Part shown: piece after piece, positions 46,953 through 58,989 of the stretch
Layout of the letters: every line of letters starts with the position of its first letter
How positions within the stretch are numbered: the first letter of the stretch is position 1
Source of the DNA: Nitrospirota bacterium
GTDB lineage: Bacteria; Nitrospirota; Nitrospiria; 2-01-FULL-66-17
Length of the DNA: 64,000 nt
Reading direction: 5' to 3'
Assembly (NCBI GenBank): GCA_049325335.1
Contig: JBMOMC010000044.1
Span: forward strand, 96,001-160,000
Position numbers and translations under genes: made by a program
Notes under the pieces: model-generated
Seen by the model: the letters and a program-made list of their open reading frames with translations, nothing else
What the model was told of the DNA's origin: nothing
Databases searched by the model: none

Positions 46953-48589
46953 GGGACCCGTCCCTCGGTGATCACCAGGCGCTGATCCGCGATCACGCCT
47001 GGCCGTTGTTCGGTCGTCCCGCTCGGCCAGCGCACCGTGATCTCGTCCACGCGGTCGGCCGTGCCCAGGCCGAAGAGGAGCGCTCGTTCGCTCTGCGAGA
47101 GATAACTCGATCCGGTTCTGACCATCCGCGTTTGGGTCCGGCCGCCCGCGGTCACGCTGACCATCGCCCCGATCCCGTCTCGATTGCTCCCCGCGCCTTG
47201 CAATGTGACTCCAAGCCAGCGGTGTTTGGCAAGGTCATTGCGATAAAGCCGGGCTGGGCCGTTATTTTCAGTGAACACGAGATCGATGTCCCCGTCACGA
47301 TCGAAATCCGCGGCGGCAAGGCCTCGCCCCACGAAGGCAGCCGCCAACCCGACCATCGTCCCCACTTCGGTATACGCGCCGTCGGCGGTCCCGCGAAACA
47401 ACAGCGGCCGCTCGTGTTGTCGCGCGCCGCCGTCCAACACGCGCGCGAGTTCCGCGTCCACGTGCCCATTGGCCGCGATCAGATCCAAGCGGCCGTCCAG
47501 GTCCACGTCGGCCAGCGCCAGCCCGAACGTCAGGAAGGGCAAACTGGGGGCCGATACCCCCGTCTCGCGCGCGCGGTCGCGGAATCGCCCGTCCGCGTCG
47601 CGTTCGTAGAGCGTGATGCCTTCACCGATGAAATTCCCGACGGGCACGCGTCCGGCCGCGTCGTCCACGTCAACACCCATGCCCGCGCGGGCCATCCCGA
47701 ATCGCCCGGGCCATGGAGCCAGGGACTCGCTCAGGTCCTCGAACGTGCCGTCACCGCGGTTGCGATACAGGAAGTTGGGCATTTGATCGTTCGCCACGAA
47801 CAGGTCGATCCGCCCGTCGCCGTCCTCGTCGAACATGGCCGCGCCCAACGCCTTGCCTGGCTTGGAGAGGCCCACGCGTTCGGTCACATCCTCGAATCGC
47901 GCGCCGTCCACGTTGCGCAGCAAACGAGGGGCCGCCGGCGGGTACGGGTCCGGACCGCAAAACACTTTGACGCGGGTATCCAGCCGACAGACGCGGTCGG
48001 TTTCCGGCGTCCAGACCACGTAATGACACAGGAACAGATCCAACCGCCCGTCTTTGTCCGCGTCGAACCAGACCGCGCACGTGCTCCACCCTGTGTCCCC
48101 GACCCCGGCTTCGATCGTGACGTCACGGAATCGGCCGTCGCCCTCGTTGTGGAACAACGCCGTGCCGCCGTACCCGGTGAACACGACGTCCTCGCGTCCG
48201 TCGTTGTCGTAGTCCGCGGTCGCGCACCCCATCCCATAGCGGGACATGGCGAGCCCGGACCCGGCAGTCACGTCCTGAAAGGTGCCGTCGCCGCGATTCC
48301 GATACGCCGCAACGCCCGGACCGGACGACGCATCGTCCCAGGATCGGCCCGTGACGAACAGCAGATCCGGCAGATCATCCGCGTCAAGATTCGCCGCGCA
48401 CACGCCCGCCCCGAACGTTTCCGGATACCACGCGTTTCCGACGGCCCCGTTGACGTGTTCCGCGCGCACGCCGGAAGCCTGCGTCACGTCGACGAACCCG
48501 ACGAAGTCGTTCATCCGAACCTCCGGGCGGACACAGGCCGCCGCGGCCAGCAGCGGGATGATCAGCCGCGCGAGGCGTCGGACCGTCAT
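46949..48589 (-). CDS. CRTAC1 family lipoprotein (FG-GAP repeats plus ASPIC/UnbV)
   Basis: Lipobox-like AAAC; D.D.DG..D repeats, N.GDGTF.D, SNRDGIGA, GSSYLSQS, VRWPSG. Confidence 0.9.
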   Translation of the reverse strand: MTVRRLARLIIPLLAAAACVRPEVRMNDFVGFVDVTQASGVRAEHVNGAVGNAWYPETFGAGVCAANLDADDLPDLLFVTGRSWDDASSGPGVAAYRNRGDGTFQDVTAGSGLAMSRYGMGCATADYDNDGREDVVFTGYGGTALFHNEGDGRFRDVTIEAGVGDTGWSTCAVWFDADKDGRLDLFLCHYVVWTPETDRVCRLDTRVKVFCGPDPYPPAAPRLLRNVDGARFEDVTERVGLSKPGKALGAAMFDEDGDGRIDLFVANDQMPNFLYRNRGDGTFEDLSESLAPWPGRFGMARAGMGVDVDDAAGRVPVGNFIGEGITLYERDADGRFRDRARETGVSAPSLPFLTFGLALADVDLDGRLDLIAANGHVDAELARVLDGGARQHERPLLFRGTADGAYTEVGTMVGLAAAFVGRGLAAADFDRDGDIDLVFTENNGPARLYRNDLAKHRWLGVTLQGAGSNRDGIGAMVSVTAGGRTQTRMVRTGSSYLSQSERALLFGLGTADRVDEITVRWPSGTTEQRPGVIADQRLVITEGRVP

Positions 48590-48832
48590 TACGCGTGGTG
48601 GACGGCCGGCGTCGAAAACACGAGGCACGTCATGGTTTGAGTCACCCCGTCGATCGCGCGAATGTTCCCGAGGATCACTTCGCCAAGGTGGTTCAAGTCG
48701 TGCGCCGACACGTGTACGATGAGGTCGTACACGCCGGTCACCAGGTACACGCCTTTCACGCCCTCCATGCGGGCAAGGGTTTTATATGCGCTCTTGGTAT
48801 GATCTCCGGTCACATTCACCAACACAAACGCT

Positions 48833-48843
<11 letters not shown>
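48589..48843 (-). CDS. Stand-alone Lrp/AsnC ligand-binding domain protein
   Basis: AFVLVNV, VTGVYDLIV, IRAIDGV..T.T. Confidence 0.85.
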
Positions 48844-50087
<1,244 letters not shown>

Positions 50088-50095
<8 letters not shown>

Positions 50096-50624
50096 CCACG
50101 CCCTCCGGTTTAATCGCCACGAGCTGCGCCACGTACTGGCCCCCGACCAGGCCTTCGCGGGACGCGAGCGCGCGGAACCCCGGAAACGACGCGGCCAATT
50201 CTCCGGGTTGAAAACAGAACTCCGTCCGGCGCGGGCGGCCGAAGCGTTGCTGGTTCTCGATGGAAAACGTTTCGTACACGATCGCGCCACCGGGTTTGAT
50301 CGCGTCGCGGATCTGAGGAATCAACGCGCGGTCTAAAAAATAGAACACTGCGATCAGGTCGTACGCGTTCGCTGGAATGCGATACGTGTCCAGATCCGCC
50401 TGTTCAATCCGCACCGACAGCCCGCGGCGTTGCGCCTCGCGGCGACACGCAGCCACCGCGTCGGGACCGCGTTCGATCCCGTGGACGGTCCACCCCGCCG
50501 CGGCCAGATACAGGGCGTGCCGACCGTATCCCATCGCCAGATCAAGCGCGGTCCCCTTCGGCAAGCGGTCCCGGAACTCCACCAACAATGGCGCGGGCTC
50601 CGCCGCGTCGTGCGTATTCGTCAC
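50088..50624 (-). CDS. Class I SAM-dependent methyltransferase (TehB-like)
   Basis: ALDLAMGYGRHA, YDLIAVFYFLDR, KPGG..YETF. Confidence 0.88.
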
Positions 50625-50651
50625 GAGACGCCTCTCCCCAAATATCCAGGT

Positions 50652-50778
50652 GGAGCCTGTTCGCGGATGCCCAGATGCAAGGCGGAGGGAGGACCTTGCG
50701 CGCGGAGCGTACTGGGTCGTACGTGAGCACGCAAGGCCGACCAACAACGCCGCAGATGGGCGTCCGTGGACAGGCTCC
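50652..50778. mobile_element. MITE-like ~127-bp element with 22-bp imperfect terminal inverted repeats
   Basis: GGAGCCTGTTCGCGGATGCCCA / TGGGCGTCCGTGGACAGGCTCC; self-complementary interior. Confidence 0.55.
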
Positions 50779-50960
50779 TACTCGCTCACGTCGATCGCCC
50801 GGCCCTCGCACGTCGGACACTGCGTGACGGGTAGTTGCGCGAGGATATCCGCGTACCGAAATTCGTGCCCGCACACGCGGCACGACAGGGCTTTGGCGGA
50901 ACACCATCCGCACAATTCACCCGCGCCAGTCGGCGCGGCGCAGGCACGGCACGTCGTCAT
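50778..50960 (-). CDS. Small protein with four CxxC pairs (double zinc ribbon)
   Basis: CRAC, CGWC, CRVC, CPTC; ATGA overlap with the M48 gene. Confidence 0.7.
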   Translation of the reverse strand: MTTCRACAAPTGAGELCGWCSAKALSCRVCGHEFRYADILAQLPVTQCPTCEGRAIDVSE

Positions 50961-52099
50961 CCTCTTTCTCCTTGGGCGAGCGAGGCCTGCACGTCGCTCC
51001 ACGCGACCGGTAAGGGATCGGTCGGCCACGCGCCCGCGCGCTCGATTTCCGCGCGCAGTCGATCCGCCCGATCCGCACTCATCGGGTGCGTGGACAACAA
51101 CGCGATCCCGTTTTCCTTCCCCGCCAATTTTTCAAAAAACGCCACCATCCCTTTCGGATCGATCTTGGCGCGTTGAAGTAATTTGACGCCCTCTACGTCC
51201 GAGGCGGTTTCTTGATCGCGACCGAACTTCAGGCTGCCCAGTCGCGAGGCCGCCTCCCCGACTCCCGAGAGCGGCCCGGTGCCGCCGAACAGGATTTGCA
51301 CCGTGGCGCTCCACCCCAACGAGCGGATCAACCCGTGTACGCTGTGGCGGAGCAGGACGTGCTGGACCTCGTGCGCCAACACCCCGGCCAGCTCTTCCGC
51401 CGACCCGGCTTCGCGGAGCAGGCCGGTGAACACCACCACGTGACCGCCCGGCACCGCGAATGCATTGACCTGGCGATCGTCGATCACGTGCCAGCGGAAC
51501 GTGTAGGGCGAGTGAATTTGCGCGGTGAGCCGATCGCCGATCGCGCGGACCGCCTCCACCGCCGGGCCCTCGGTCAATTCGGTCGCCCCGAGCGTGAGTT
51601 GGGCGAACGCGGACTCGCCGAGCTCTTGCTCCCACGCCACCGGCACCTGGTCCGCGGCCGCGCCCACGATGCGATCGGCCTGCCACCACAGCAGCCCCAG
51701 CACGAGGATCGGGCCCAGCGCGATCGCGACGATCACGGTCCACCCGACCCCGCTGGTCAACCGCCCGCGCCGCAAGACCGCGTCGAGTCGCCGGACCTCC
51801 GCGCGCAGACCCGGCGGCGGATTCGTGCGAACCCGCCCCGCTAACGCGTCGTCGTCCAACACCAACGCCCACCGCGCGTCCGGCTCGGACCACGTCAATT
51901 GAAACTGCGACCGCTCGAACCCGCCCGGTTCGATCCGAACCGCCTCGTAGGACACGGCGCGCTCGCGTTCCGATCCGGGCCACAACACCAACCGGTCGGC
52001 CTCGAGCGCGAATCCCACGCGCTCCCCCTGCGGCGCGAGGTCCGAGCCGAAACACAGACCCCTCCCCGTGTGGGTCGCGTCGGATGCGTCAGTTGTCAC
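50957..52099 (-). CDS. M48 family metallopeptidase
   Basis: [29 protein letters not shown]. Confidence 0.9.
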   Translation of the reverse strand: MTTDASDATHTGRGLCFGSDLAPQGERVGFALEADRLVLWPGSERERAVSYEAVRIEPGGFERSQFQLTWSEPDARWALVLDDDALAGRVRTNPPPGLRAEVRRLDAVLRRGRLTSGVGWTVIVAIALGPILVLGLLWWQADRIVGAAADQVPVAWEQELGESAFAQLTLGATELTEGPAVEAVRAIGDRLTAQIHSPYTFRWHVIDDRQVNAFAVPGGHVVVFTGLLREAGSAEELAGVLAHEVQHVLLRHSVHGLIRSLGWSATVQILFGGTGPLSGVGEAASRLGSLKFGRDQETASDVEGVKLLQRAKIDPKGMVAFFEKLAGKENGIALLSTHPMSADRADRLRAEIERAGAWPTDPLPVAWSDVQASLAQGERG

Positions 52100-52883
52100 C
52101 GTCAAGCAATCCGCCTAACCCGCCTAACAGTGATCCTTCCTCGCGGGCGCCGCCGCGTTGCGGCGCCGCCGCGTAGATCCGGTTGGCCAATCGCGACAAC
52201 GGCAAGGACTGCAGCCACACGCGACCGGGGCCGCGCACGGTGGCGAAGAACAGACCTTCTCCACCGAAGAGCGCGGATTTGATCTTGCCCACGTACTCGA
52301 TGTCGAAGTCCACCGAGCTCTGCATCGCCACAATGCACCCCGTATCCACCCGCAGCATTTCCCCGGGTTTGAGCGTGCGCTCGTGGAGCGTGCCGCCCGC
52401 GTGGACAAAGGCGAGGCCGTCGCCGTCCAGGCGCTGCATGATGAACCCCTCGCCGCCGAACAGCCCCACGCCCAACCGTTTCTGAAACGCGATCCCCACC
52501 GACACGCCTTTGGCCGCGCACAGGAACGAGTCCTTCTGGCACACGATGGTGCCGCCCAACTCGTCCAACTTCATGGGGATGATCTTGCCCGGATACGGCG
52601 CGGCGAACGCCACGCGCCGCTTCTCGCGCGCCTTATTTACGAACACCGTCATGAACAGCGACTCGCCGGTCAGCAGACGTTTGCCCGCGCCCACCAGCGC
52701 GCCGAATAGGCCCGGCTTGCCGCCCGACCCGTCGCCGAACACGGTTTCCATTTCAACCCCGTCGGCCATGTACATCATGCCGCCCGCTTCCGCGACCGCC
52801 GCCTCCTCAGGGTCCAACTCGATTTCGACGTACTGCATGTCGTCGCCGTAAATTTCGTAGTCAACCACGTCCATCCGTGCCAT
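52089..52883 (-). CDS. TIGR00266 / AIM24 family protein
   Basis: [36 protein letters not shown]. Confidence 0.93.
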   Translation of the reverse strand: MARMDVVDYEIYGDDMQYVEIELDPEEAAVAEAGGMMYMADGVEMETVFGDGSGGKPGLFGALVGAGKRLLTGESLFMTVFVNKAREKRRVAFAAPYPGKIIPMKLDELGGTIVCQKDSFLCAAKGVSVGIAFQKRLGVGLFGGEGFIMQRLDGDGLAFVHAGGTLHERTLKPGEMLRVDTGCIVAMQSSVDFDIEYVGKIKSALFGGEGLFFATVRGPGRVWLQSLPLSRLANRIYAAAPQRGGAREEGSLLGGLGGLLDGDN

Positions 52884-53061
52884 GCCGGTCTCCTAACGGT
52901 TCGTGTATTCGCCATAAAGAGGAAGCCTCAGCTCCCTCGGTTTCGGAGAAGTTCATGATAGGACCGCCCTTGCGGAAAATCAATACGGCGGCATGGCGCG
53001 GGACCGCGGAGCCGCGCCGTCACGACCCGTTCGTCAAAGCCGTGTTACACTAGTCCCCGCG

Positions 53062-53484
53062 ATGAACGAACCGACCGCCCCCGACAACGACGCGGACTGG
53101 CCGGAGGAACGCCGGCAGTGGACCCGGGTCACCACCGGGCTTGACGTGCGCGTGGAAGCCGCCGGATTGACCGTGCGCGGACGGGTGCGCGATCTGAGCC
53201 TCGCCGGCGTGTACCTGTTCTGCGACCCGCCGTTCCCGAAGGGAACCGCCTGCAGCGTCACGTTGGTGCTGGTCGGCGCTGATCCGCCGCTCACCATTGA
53301 GCTGAACGGCCACGTGGTCCACGCCGAAACCGAGGGCATGGGCATCGAATTCACGGAGATGCCGGTGGACAGCTTGGGGCACGTCCGGAACTTGGTGCGG
53401 TACAACACCGAGGACTCGGACTTCGTGGAAGACGAATTGCAACGCCCGCCTTTCCCCAAAAGTCGCCGGCCCACTCAGGACTGA
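53062..53484 (+). CDS. PilZ domain protein
   Basis: ERRQWTR, DLSLAG, GMGIEF. Confidence 0.85.
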   Translation: MNEPTAPDNDADWPEERRQWTRVTTGLDVRVEAAGLTVRGRVRDLSLAGVYLFCDPPFPKGTACSVTLVLVGADPPLTIELNGHVVHAETEGMGIEFTEMPVDSLGHVRNLVRYNTEDSDFVEDELQRPPFPKSRRPTQD

Positions 53485-53490
53485 TCCCCG

Positions 53491-53973
53491 CTAGCGGGGT
53501 GCTGCGGCGCGTTCGAGCGCGGCGAGAAACGCGGCCGCGCCGGCGTCCTCCGCCGCCGGAGCCCAGGACGCAAACACGCCCGCGTGTTTGGGCTCGAAGG
53601 GCCCTTCCTTCATTTCCAAAAAGACCGATCCCCGGACCAAACTCACGACGGTGTGCCACGCCCCGGCCGGAATCTCGACGCCGTAGCCGCCCGCCGTCGG
53701 GTCCAGTCGATGGACCTCCGTGATCCGCCCGTCGTCGTCAAACAACACGGCCGCGCCGCGACCGCGCAGGCACACGAACATTTCCCACTTGGGGGGATTG
53801 TGGTGGCGGTGCGGCCGGATGTAACTCCCCGGCTCAATCGCGTTGAGGAACCGTTGAACCGGCTCTTCATGTCGATGGAAATTGTGATTCATCCGCAACC
53901 GCGGGTGACTCGCCGCTTCGTTGCTGACGCGATCCAACAATGCCTCGTCGATACGGCGCGTCGACGCGCTCAC
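53491..53973 (-). CDS. WbuC family cupin-fold metalloprotein (start uncertain)
   Basis: PRLRMNHNFH, QRFLNAIEPGSYIRPHRH, WHT, EMKEGPF. Confidence 0.88.
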   Translation of the reverse strand: MSASTRRIDEALLDRVSNEAASHPRLRMNHNFHRHEEPVQRFLNAIEPGSYIRPHRHHNPPKWEMFVCLRGRGAAVLFDDDGRITEVHRLDPTAGGYGVEIPAGAWHTVVSLVRGSVFLEMKEGPFEPKHAGVFASWAPAAEDAGAAAFLAALERAAAPR

Positions 53974-54379
53974 CAATGTTCCCCGCGCCAAGGGGTCCCC
54001 CACCGACCCGACGTCACCGGGAGAACCACTCGAGGTAATCAATGTGTCCTCACGTTCTGTGGATGACCTGTGGTCAACCATGTGGACGGCCGTATTCCAA
54101 CCGCGGTTTGCGGGCTCGTGAACAGATTGCCCAATTCCTGAACCATTAAACACAAAGCTTTTCAGAGAGTTCAACCTCCGACCGGTTGCGACCCGTTGTA
54201 AATTCCGGGAACCGCGGTGATCATCGCGGCGATCCGTTGCGGGACATCTAGCCCGAACTGTGTTTTCAGGGGTTCTGCCATCGCGCGCGACGCCAGCAGA
54301 GTCCGGCGTCGGACCAGGGGGCCACGGCGCCCTCCACGTATGCCCCCCTTAACCGTTCCTTAATCCGCTGCGTGCTAGA

Positions 54380-55579
54380 TTGGCGACCATGTACCGTCGG
54401 GGGACCGCCTTGGTTGGTGTATTCGCGGGACGCGACATCGAAACCGCCGCTCCCGTTTCTTGCGTGTGGGACGCGGCCGTTATTGGCGGCGGCTTTTTCG
54501 GCTGCCGTCTCGCGCTTGAGCTTAAACGCCAGGGGTACGACCGGGTGGTGGTGCTGGAGCGCGAGGCCGATATCCTCAAACGCGCGTCGTTTGCGAACCA
54601 AGCGCGTGTGCACCGCGGCTACCACTACCCCCGCAGCTTCCTGACCGCGTTGCGCTCGCGGGTCAATGTCCCTCGGTTCGAAGAGGAGTACCGGGACTGC
54701 ATCGATCGTAGCTTCGAGCACTACTACGCGGTGTCTACGATCAGTTCGCTCACGGGGATCAGCGCGGCGCGCTTTCGCACGTTTTGCGATCGGATCGGCG
54801 CGCCGCTGGAGCCCGCGCCCGCCGAGGTACGCCGACTGTTCAATTCCGAGTTGATCGAGGACGTGTTCGCGGTCAGGGAGTACGCGTTCGACGCGGTCAA
54901 ACTCCGTCTGGCGATCCGCCGGCAAATGTCGCGCATGGGCGTGGCGCTGGCCTTGGACACCGACGTGCACACCGTGGGCCGCGCGCCGGACGGCCGCGTC
55001 GACATCGCGTTCGAGCGACTGGGCCGTCCGGGGCAGCTCCTCGCAAACCGGGCGTTCAACTGCGGCTTTGCCCGCGCCAACCGCCTGTTGCATGACTCGG
55101 GGCTGCCCGCGCTCCCCCTTCGGCACGAACTGGCGGAACTCGCGCTCGTCACGCCGCCCGAGGCTCTGGTTCGGCGCGCGATCACCGTAGTCTGCGGCCC
55201 GTTTTTCTCGCTCATGCCCTTTCCCTCGCGGGGCCTGCACTCGCTGAGCCACGTGCGGTATACGCCGCACGCGGCCTGGACGGACGGCCCGGACGGGTTT
55301 CCACCCCCAGCGCGGCTCGGTCGCGCCAGCCGATTCCCGCACATGGTCGCGGACGCGGCCCGGTTCGTCCCGATCATGCGGGAGTGCCGGTACGTGGACT
55401 CGCTTTGGGAGATCAAAACCGGGCTGCCGCAGAGCAAGTCAGACGACAGCAGGCCCATCGTGATCGCGAGCACGCCCGGACTCGCGAACCTCCACACGAT
55501 CGTGGGCGCCAAAATCGACCAGGTCTACGACCTGCTGTCCGAACTCGACTTCCTCGCCAGCTCGGAAAGCCGCGCGTGA
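54380..55579 (+). CDS. FAD-dependent oxidoreductase (sugar-modification cluster; start uncertain)
   Basis: VIGGGFFG, ASFANQARVHRGYHYPRS, GPFFS..PFP, GAKID. Confidence 0.85.
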   Translation: MATMYRRGTALVGVFAGRDIETAAPVSCVWDAAVIGGGFFGCRLALELKRQGYDRVVVLEREADILKRASFANQARVHRGYHYPRSFLTALRSRVNVPRFEEEYRDCIDRSFEHYYAVSTISSLTGISAARFRTFCDRIGAPLEPAPAEVRRLFNSELIEDVFAVREYAFDAVKLRLAIRRQMSRMGVALALDTDVHTVGRAPDGRVDIAFERLGRPGQLLANRAFNCGFARANRLLHDSGLPALPLRHELAELALVTPPEALVRRAITVVCGPFFSLMPFPSRGLHSLSHVRYTPHAAWTDGPDGFPPPARLGRASRFPHMVADAARFVPIMRECRYVDSLWEIKTGLPQSKSDDSRPIVIASTPGLANLHTIVGAKIDQVYDLLSELDFLASSESRA

Positions 55580-56580
55580 GCGTAGGACTCGACCCCGTGG
55601 TTTCGGTGGTGGCACCGCTTCACAATGACGCGGGGATCCTCGACGACTTTCTGGCCGAGACGCACGCGGTGCTCCGTCGTCACTTCCGGCACTACGAGAT
55701 CGTGTTCATCGACGACGCGTCCACGGACCACACGGTCGCCGCGGCTTCGGCATTGTTGGACCGGTATGACCAAGTCCGCCTCGTGCGGTTATCCCGCTCG
55801 TTCGGCCGCGAGGTCGCCATCACTGCGGGGCTGGACCTGGCGATCGGCGACGTGGTCGTGGTGATGCTCCCGGACTCGGATCCCCCGGAATTGATCCCCA
55901 CTATGATCCGCCGCTGCGCGGCCGGAGCGGGCGTGGTATTCGGCGTACACGCCCAGCGCGCGGGCGAGTCATGGCCCGTGCGCCTCGGCTCCAGATTGTT
56001 CTATTGGCTGAGCCGTCGCCTGTTCGGGTTGGATCTGCCGAGCCACGCCACGCAATTTCGCGCGCTGAGTCGCCAGGCAGTGCATGCCGTCGCCCAGATC
56101 AAGGACCGTCACCGGTCATTATGGGTCTCCAGCGCGTACATCGGCTATACCCGCGAAAGCCTGCCCTATCGCCCGCGGAGCCGATCCGGCGCCCGTACCG
56201 GACGACGATTTTTTGAAGGCATCGGGCTCGCCTTTTCAGTCATCGCGGGCAACACCACCGTGCCGTTGCGCCTGGCCGGTCGCGCCGCGTTCATGGGCAG
56301 TTTGGTCGGGTTCCTGTGGTTGGGCTCCGTCGCGGGCGCGTGGTTGTTGGCCGGCCGCACGTCGGAGGGATGGACCACCCTGTCGGCGCTGGCCGCGCCG
56401 ATGTTCGCGATGATGCTGGCCGTGTTGGGCGTGGCGTGCGAGTACCTCGCGCGACTGCTGGACGAATCACGCGATCGCCCGCTGTACTACATCCGCGACG
56501 AACGCACCAGTCACATCCTCCTGGATTCCGCGCCGCACCGCAACGTGCTCGTGGACCCGCCGCGGGTGGTGCGCGCATGA
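55576..56580 (+). CDS. GT2 polyprenyl-phosphate glycosyltransferase-like protein (GtrB/ArnC type)
   Basis: SVVAP..N, IDDASTD, LSRSFG.E.A..AG, DPPE, 2 C-terminal TM, EYL.R...RPLY. Confidence 0.85.
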   Translation: MSVGLDPVVSVVAPLHNDAGILDDFLAETHAVLRRHFRHYEIVFIDDASTDHTVAAASALLDRYDQVRLVRLSRSFGREVAITAGLDLAIGDVVVVMLPDSDPPELIPTMIRRCAAGAGVVFGVHAQRAGESWPVRLGSRLFYWLSRRLFGLDLPSHATQFRALSRQAVHAVAQIKDRHRSLWVSSAYIGYTRESLPYRPRSRSGARTGRRFFEGIGLAFSVIAGNTTVPLRLAGRAAFMGSLVGFLWLGSVAGAWLLAGRTSEGWTTLSALAAPMFAMMLAVLGVACEYLARLLDESRDRPLYYIRDERTSHILLDSAPHRNVLVDPPRVVRA

Positions 56581-57410
56581 TGCCGACTCCCGACTTCACG
56601 GCCGCGGCTCGGAATACGAACCGCGCACCGGCAAACGTGACCGGGCTCGCCCCCCGCGCATCGCGCTACGCGCTCTGCATTCCGGTGATCAACGAAGGGG
56701 CCCGGCTGCACGCGCAACTCGATCGGATGCGCGCCGTGGCCGCGACCGTAGACATCGTGATCGCGGACGGCGGCAGCACGGACGGATCCACTGATCCGGA
56801 TCGGCTGCGGGGCTTCGGCGTTCGTGCGCTCGTCACCACGCGAGAGCGCGGAGGGCTCAGCGCGCAATTGCGCTCGGCCTTCGCCCACGCGCTCGACGCG
56901 GGGTACGAAGGCATCGCCACCATGGACGGTAACAACAAGGACGATCCCGAAGCCGTGCCGCTGATGCTGCGGGCGCTCGACTTCGGTTTTGATCATGTTC
57001 AGGGGTCGCGGTTCATCCGCGGGGGCCGCGCCGTCAACACTCCGTGGATTCGCCTCGCCGCGATCCGGCTCCTGCACGCCCCCGCCATCAGTCTGGCGGC
57101 CGGCGCCCGGTACACCGACACCACCAACGGCTGTCGCGCGTACAGCCGCCGATTGCTCCTCGATCCGCGCGTGGCCCCGTTACGCCAGACTTTTCAGCGC
57201 TACGAATTGCCGTATTACCTGGCCGTGCGCGCCGCGCAACTGGGCTATCGCGTGATCGAGGTGCCGGTCACGCGTCGGTACCCCAGGCACGGGGTGCCCA
57301 CCAAAATCCGCCCGGTGACCGGGCACCTCGGCATTCTCGCGGCATTATGGGCCGTGTGGCGGCGGCGCTACGACCCAACGGAATCCACGGCCGTCAGGCT
57401 CGCGCGATGA
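56577..57410 (+). CDS. GT2 glycosyltransferase (DPM synthase-like)
   Basis: IPVINE, ADGGSTDG, MDGNNKD, QGSRF..GG, TDTTNG.RAYS. Confidence 0.88.
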   Translation: MMPTPDFTAAARNTNRAPANVTGLAPRASRYALCIPVINEGARLHAQLDRMRAVAATVDIVIADGGSTDGSTDPDRLRGFGVRALVTTRERGGLSAQLRSAFAHALDAGYEGIATMDGNNKDDPEAVPLMLRALDFGFDHVQGSRFIRGGRAVNTPWIRLAAIRLLHAPAISLAAGARYTDTTNGCRAYSRRLLLDPRVAPLRQTFQRYELPYYLAVRAAQLGYRVIEVPVTRRYPRHGVPTKIRPVTGHLGILAALWAVWRRRYDPTESTAVRLAR

Positions 57411-58177
57411 CCGTAAGCTTGATCGGCGACACCGGCTTCGTCGGCGGCAACCTTCTGCGGCAAGCCCCGATCAGTGATCGGTACAACTCGCGCACGATCG
57501 AAACCGTGGCGGGCCGCCGATTCGACCTGCTGATCATCGCAGGAGCGCCCGGCGCTAAATGGCGCGCCAACCGGGATCCGGACGTGGACGCCGAGGCGAT
57601 TGCGCGCCTGACCGCCGCGCTCGATCGCGCGAGCGCGCGTTGCGTGGTGTTGATCTCCACCGTGGACGTCTATCCCCATCCCGTCGACGTCGCAGAATCC
57701 AGCGCGTTCGTCCCCGCCGCAGCGTGCGCGTACGGACGCCACCGTTCGGCCTTGGAAGCGTTCGTGACCAGCCGGTTCAACGCCGTGGTGCTCAGACTGC
57801 CGGGCGTGTTCGGCGACGGACTCAAAAAAAACGTGATGTTTGATCTCCTCAACCGCCATCAGCTCGACCGGATCAATCCGGACAGCGTGTATCAGTGGTA
57901 TCCGCTCGACCGCCTGTGGCTTGACGCTCGACTGGCCTTGGCCCGCAGGCTGCGCCTGGTCAACCTGGTCACGGAACCGATCCGCGTCGCGGACCTCGCC
58001 CGAGAGGTGTTCGGGCTCGACCTCGCGGGCTCCGCATTCTCGACCCCGACGGCGCGGTACAACGTGCGCACGGAATTCGATCGCGCGCTGGGCGGACGCA
58101 ACGGCTATCTCACGAACCGGGCCGAGACCTTGCACCGTCTCACGCGCTTCGTGGCGCGCGCGCGGGCGGGCGCGTGA
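57407..58177 (+). CDS. NAD-dependent epimerase/dehydratase-like protein
   Basis: G.TGFVG.NL, KW.AN, ISTVDVY, YGRHR..LE, RLPG.FG.GLKKN. Confidence 0.85.
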   Translation: MTVSLIGDTGFVGGNLLRQAPISDRYNSRTIETVAGRRFDLLIIAGAPGAKWRANRDPDVDAEAIARLTAALDRASARCVVLISTVDVYPHPVDVAESSAFVPAAACAYGRHRSALEAFVTSRFNAVVLRLPGVFGDGLKKNVMFDLLNRHQLDRINPDSVYQWYPLDRLWLDARLALARRLRLVNLVTEPIRVADLAREVFGLDLAGSAFSTPTARYNVRTEFDRALGGRNGYLTNRAETLHRLTRFVARARAGA

Positions 58178-58989
58178 AGATCGCCGTCTCCAACATCGCG
58201 TGGCTTCCGGATCAAGAACCGGCCGCGGCCGCGCTGCTTCAGGCCCGAGACGTGCGCGGCGTGGAAATCGCGCCGACCGCGATCTGGCGTGATCCGACCG
58301 CCGCCACAACCGGCGAACGGCGCGCCTATCGCTGCGCATGGGCGCGCCGCGGCATCGCCATCGTCGCGTTCCAAGCCCTGTTGTACGGCCGACCCGACCT
58401 CACGATCTTCGAGAGCCCTTCAGCGCGAGCCGCCACGGTCGAGTATCTCTCGCGTTTGATCCGATTGGCAGACGACCTGGACGCACGCGTGCTGGTGTTC
58501 GGGGCCCCGAGTCAACGACGGATCGCGGGACTGGCCCCGAACGAGGTCGAGGACGTCGCGGCATCCTTTTTCGGCGCGATCGGCCGGGCCGCGATTGAGC
58601 ACGGCGTGCGCGTGTGCATCGAACCGATCCCGGTTGCCTGGGGGGGCGAGTTCGTCACCACGATTCGCGAGGCGATCGACCTGGTCCGCCGCGTGAACAG
58701 CGAGGGATTCGGCGTGCACGTGGACGCGGCCGCGGCAACGGCGGAACCCGACCCCGTCGCGGCCATCCACGCCGCCCGCGGCACGGTCGCCCACGTGCAC
58801 GCGAGCGAGCCCGGACTCGCCTCGATCGGAACCGGCGGCGTGGATCACGGACAGATCGGCGCCGCGCTGCGCGGAATCGGGTACACGGGATGGACGTCGA
58901 TCGAAATGCGCGCCGGCGATCGCGCGGGCGTACTGAAACGCGTGGACGCGGCGCTGCATACCGTTCGCGCCGCGTACGGAACCGAGTGA
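58174..58989 (+). CDS. Sugar phosphate isomerase/epimerase (xylose isomerase-like TIM barrel)
   Basis: MKIAVSNIAW, GVEIAP, LVFGAP..R, CIEP, HVHASEP, SIEM. Confidence 0.88.
   Translation: MKIAVSNIAWLPDQEPAAAALLQARDVRGVEIAPTAIWRDPTAATTGERRAYRCAWARRGIAIVAFQALLYGRPDLTIFESPSARAATVEYLSRLIRLADDLDARVLVFGAPSQRRIAGLAPNEVEDVAASFFGAIGRAAIEHGVRVCIEPIPVAWGGEFVTTIREAIDLVRRVNSEGFGVHVDAAAATAEPDPVAAIHAARGTVAHVHASEPGLASIGTGGVDHGQIGAALRGIGYTGWTSIEMRAGDRAGVLKRVDAALHTVRAAYGTE

Noticed and set aside
43923..48640. Long plus-strand ORFs (504, 391 and 544 aa)
   Set aside because: Antisense shadows of the DHOR-BNR and CRTAC1 genes
58614..58985. N-terminal extension of the 1112-aa ORF
   Set aside because: Overlaps the TIM-barrel gene out of frame; GTG 58986 gives the usual 4-bp coupling
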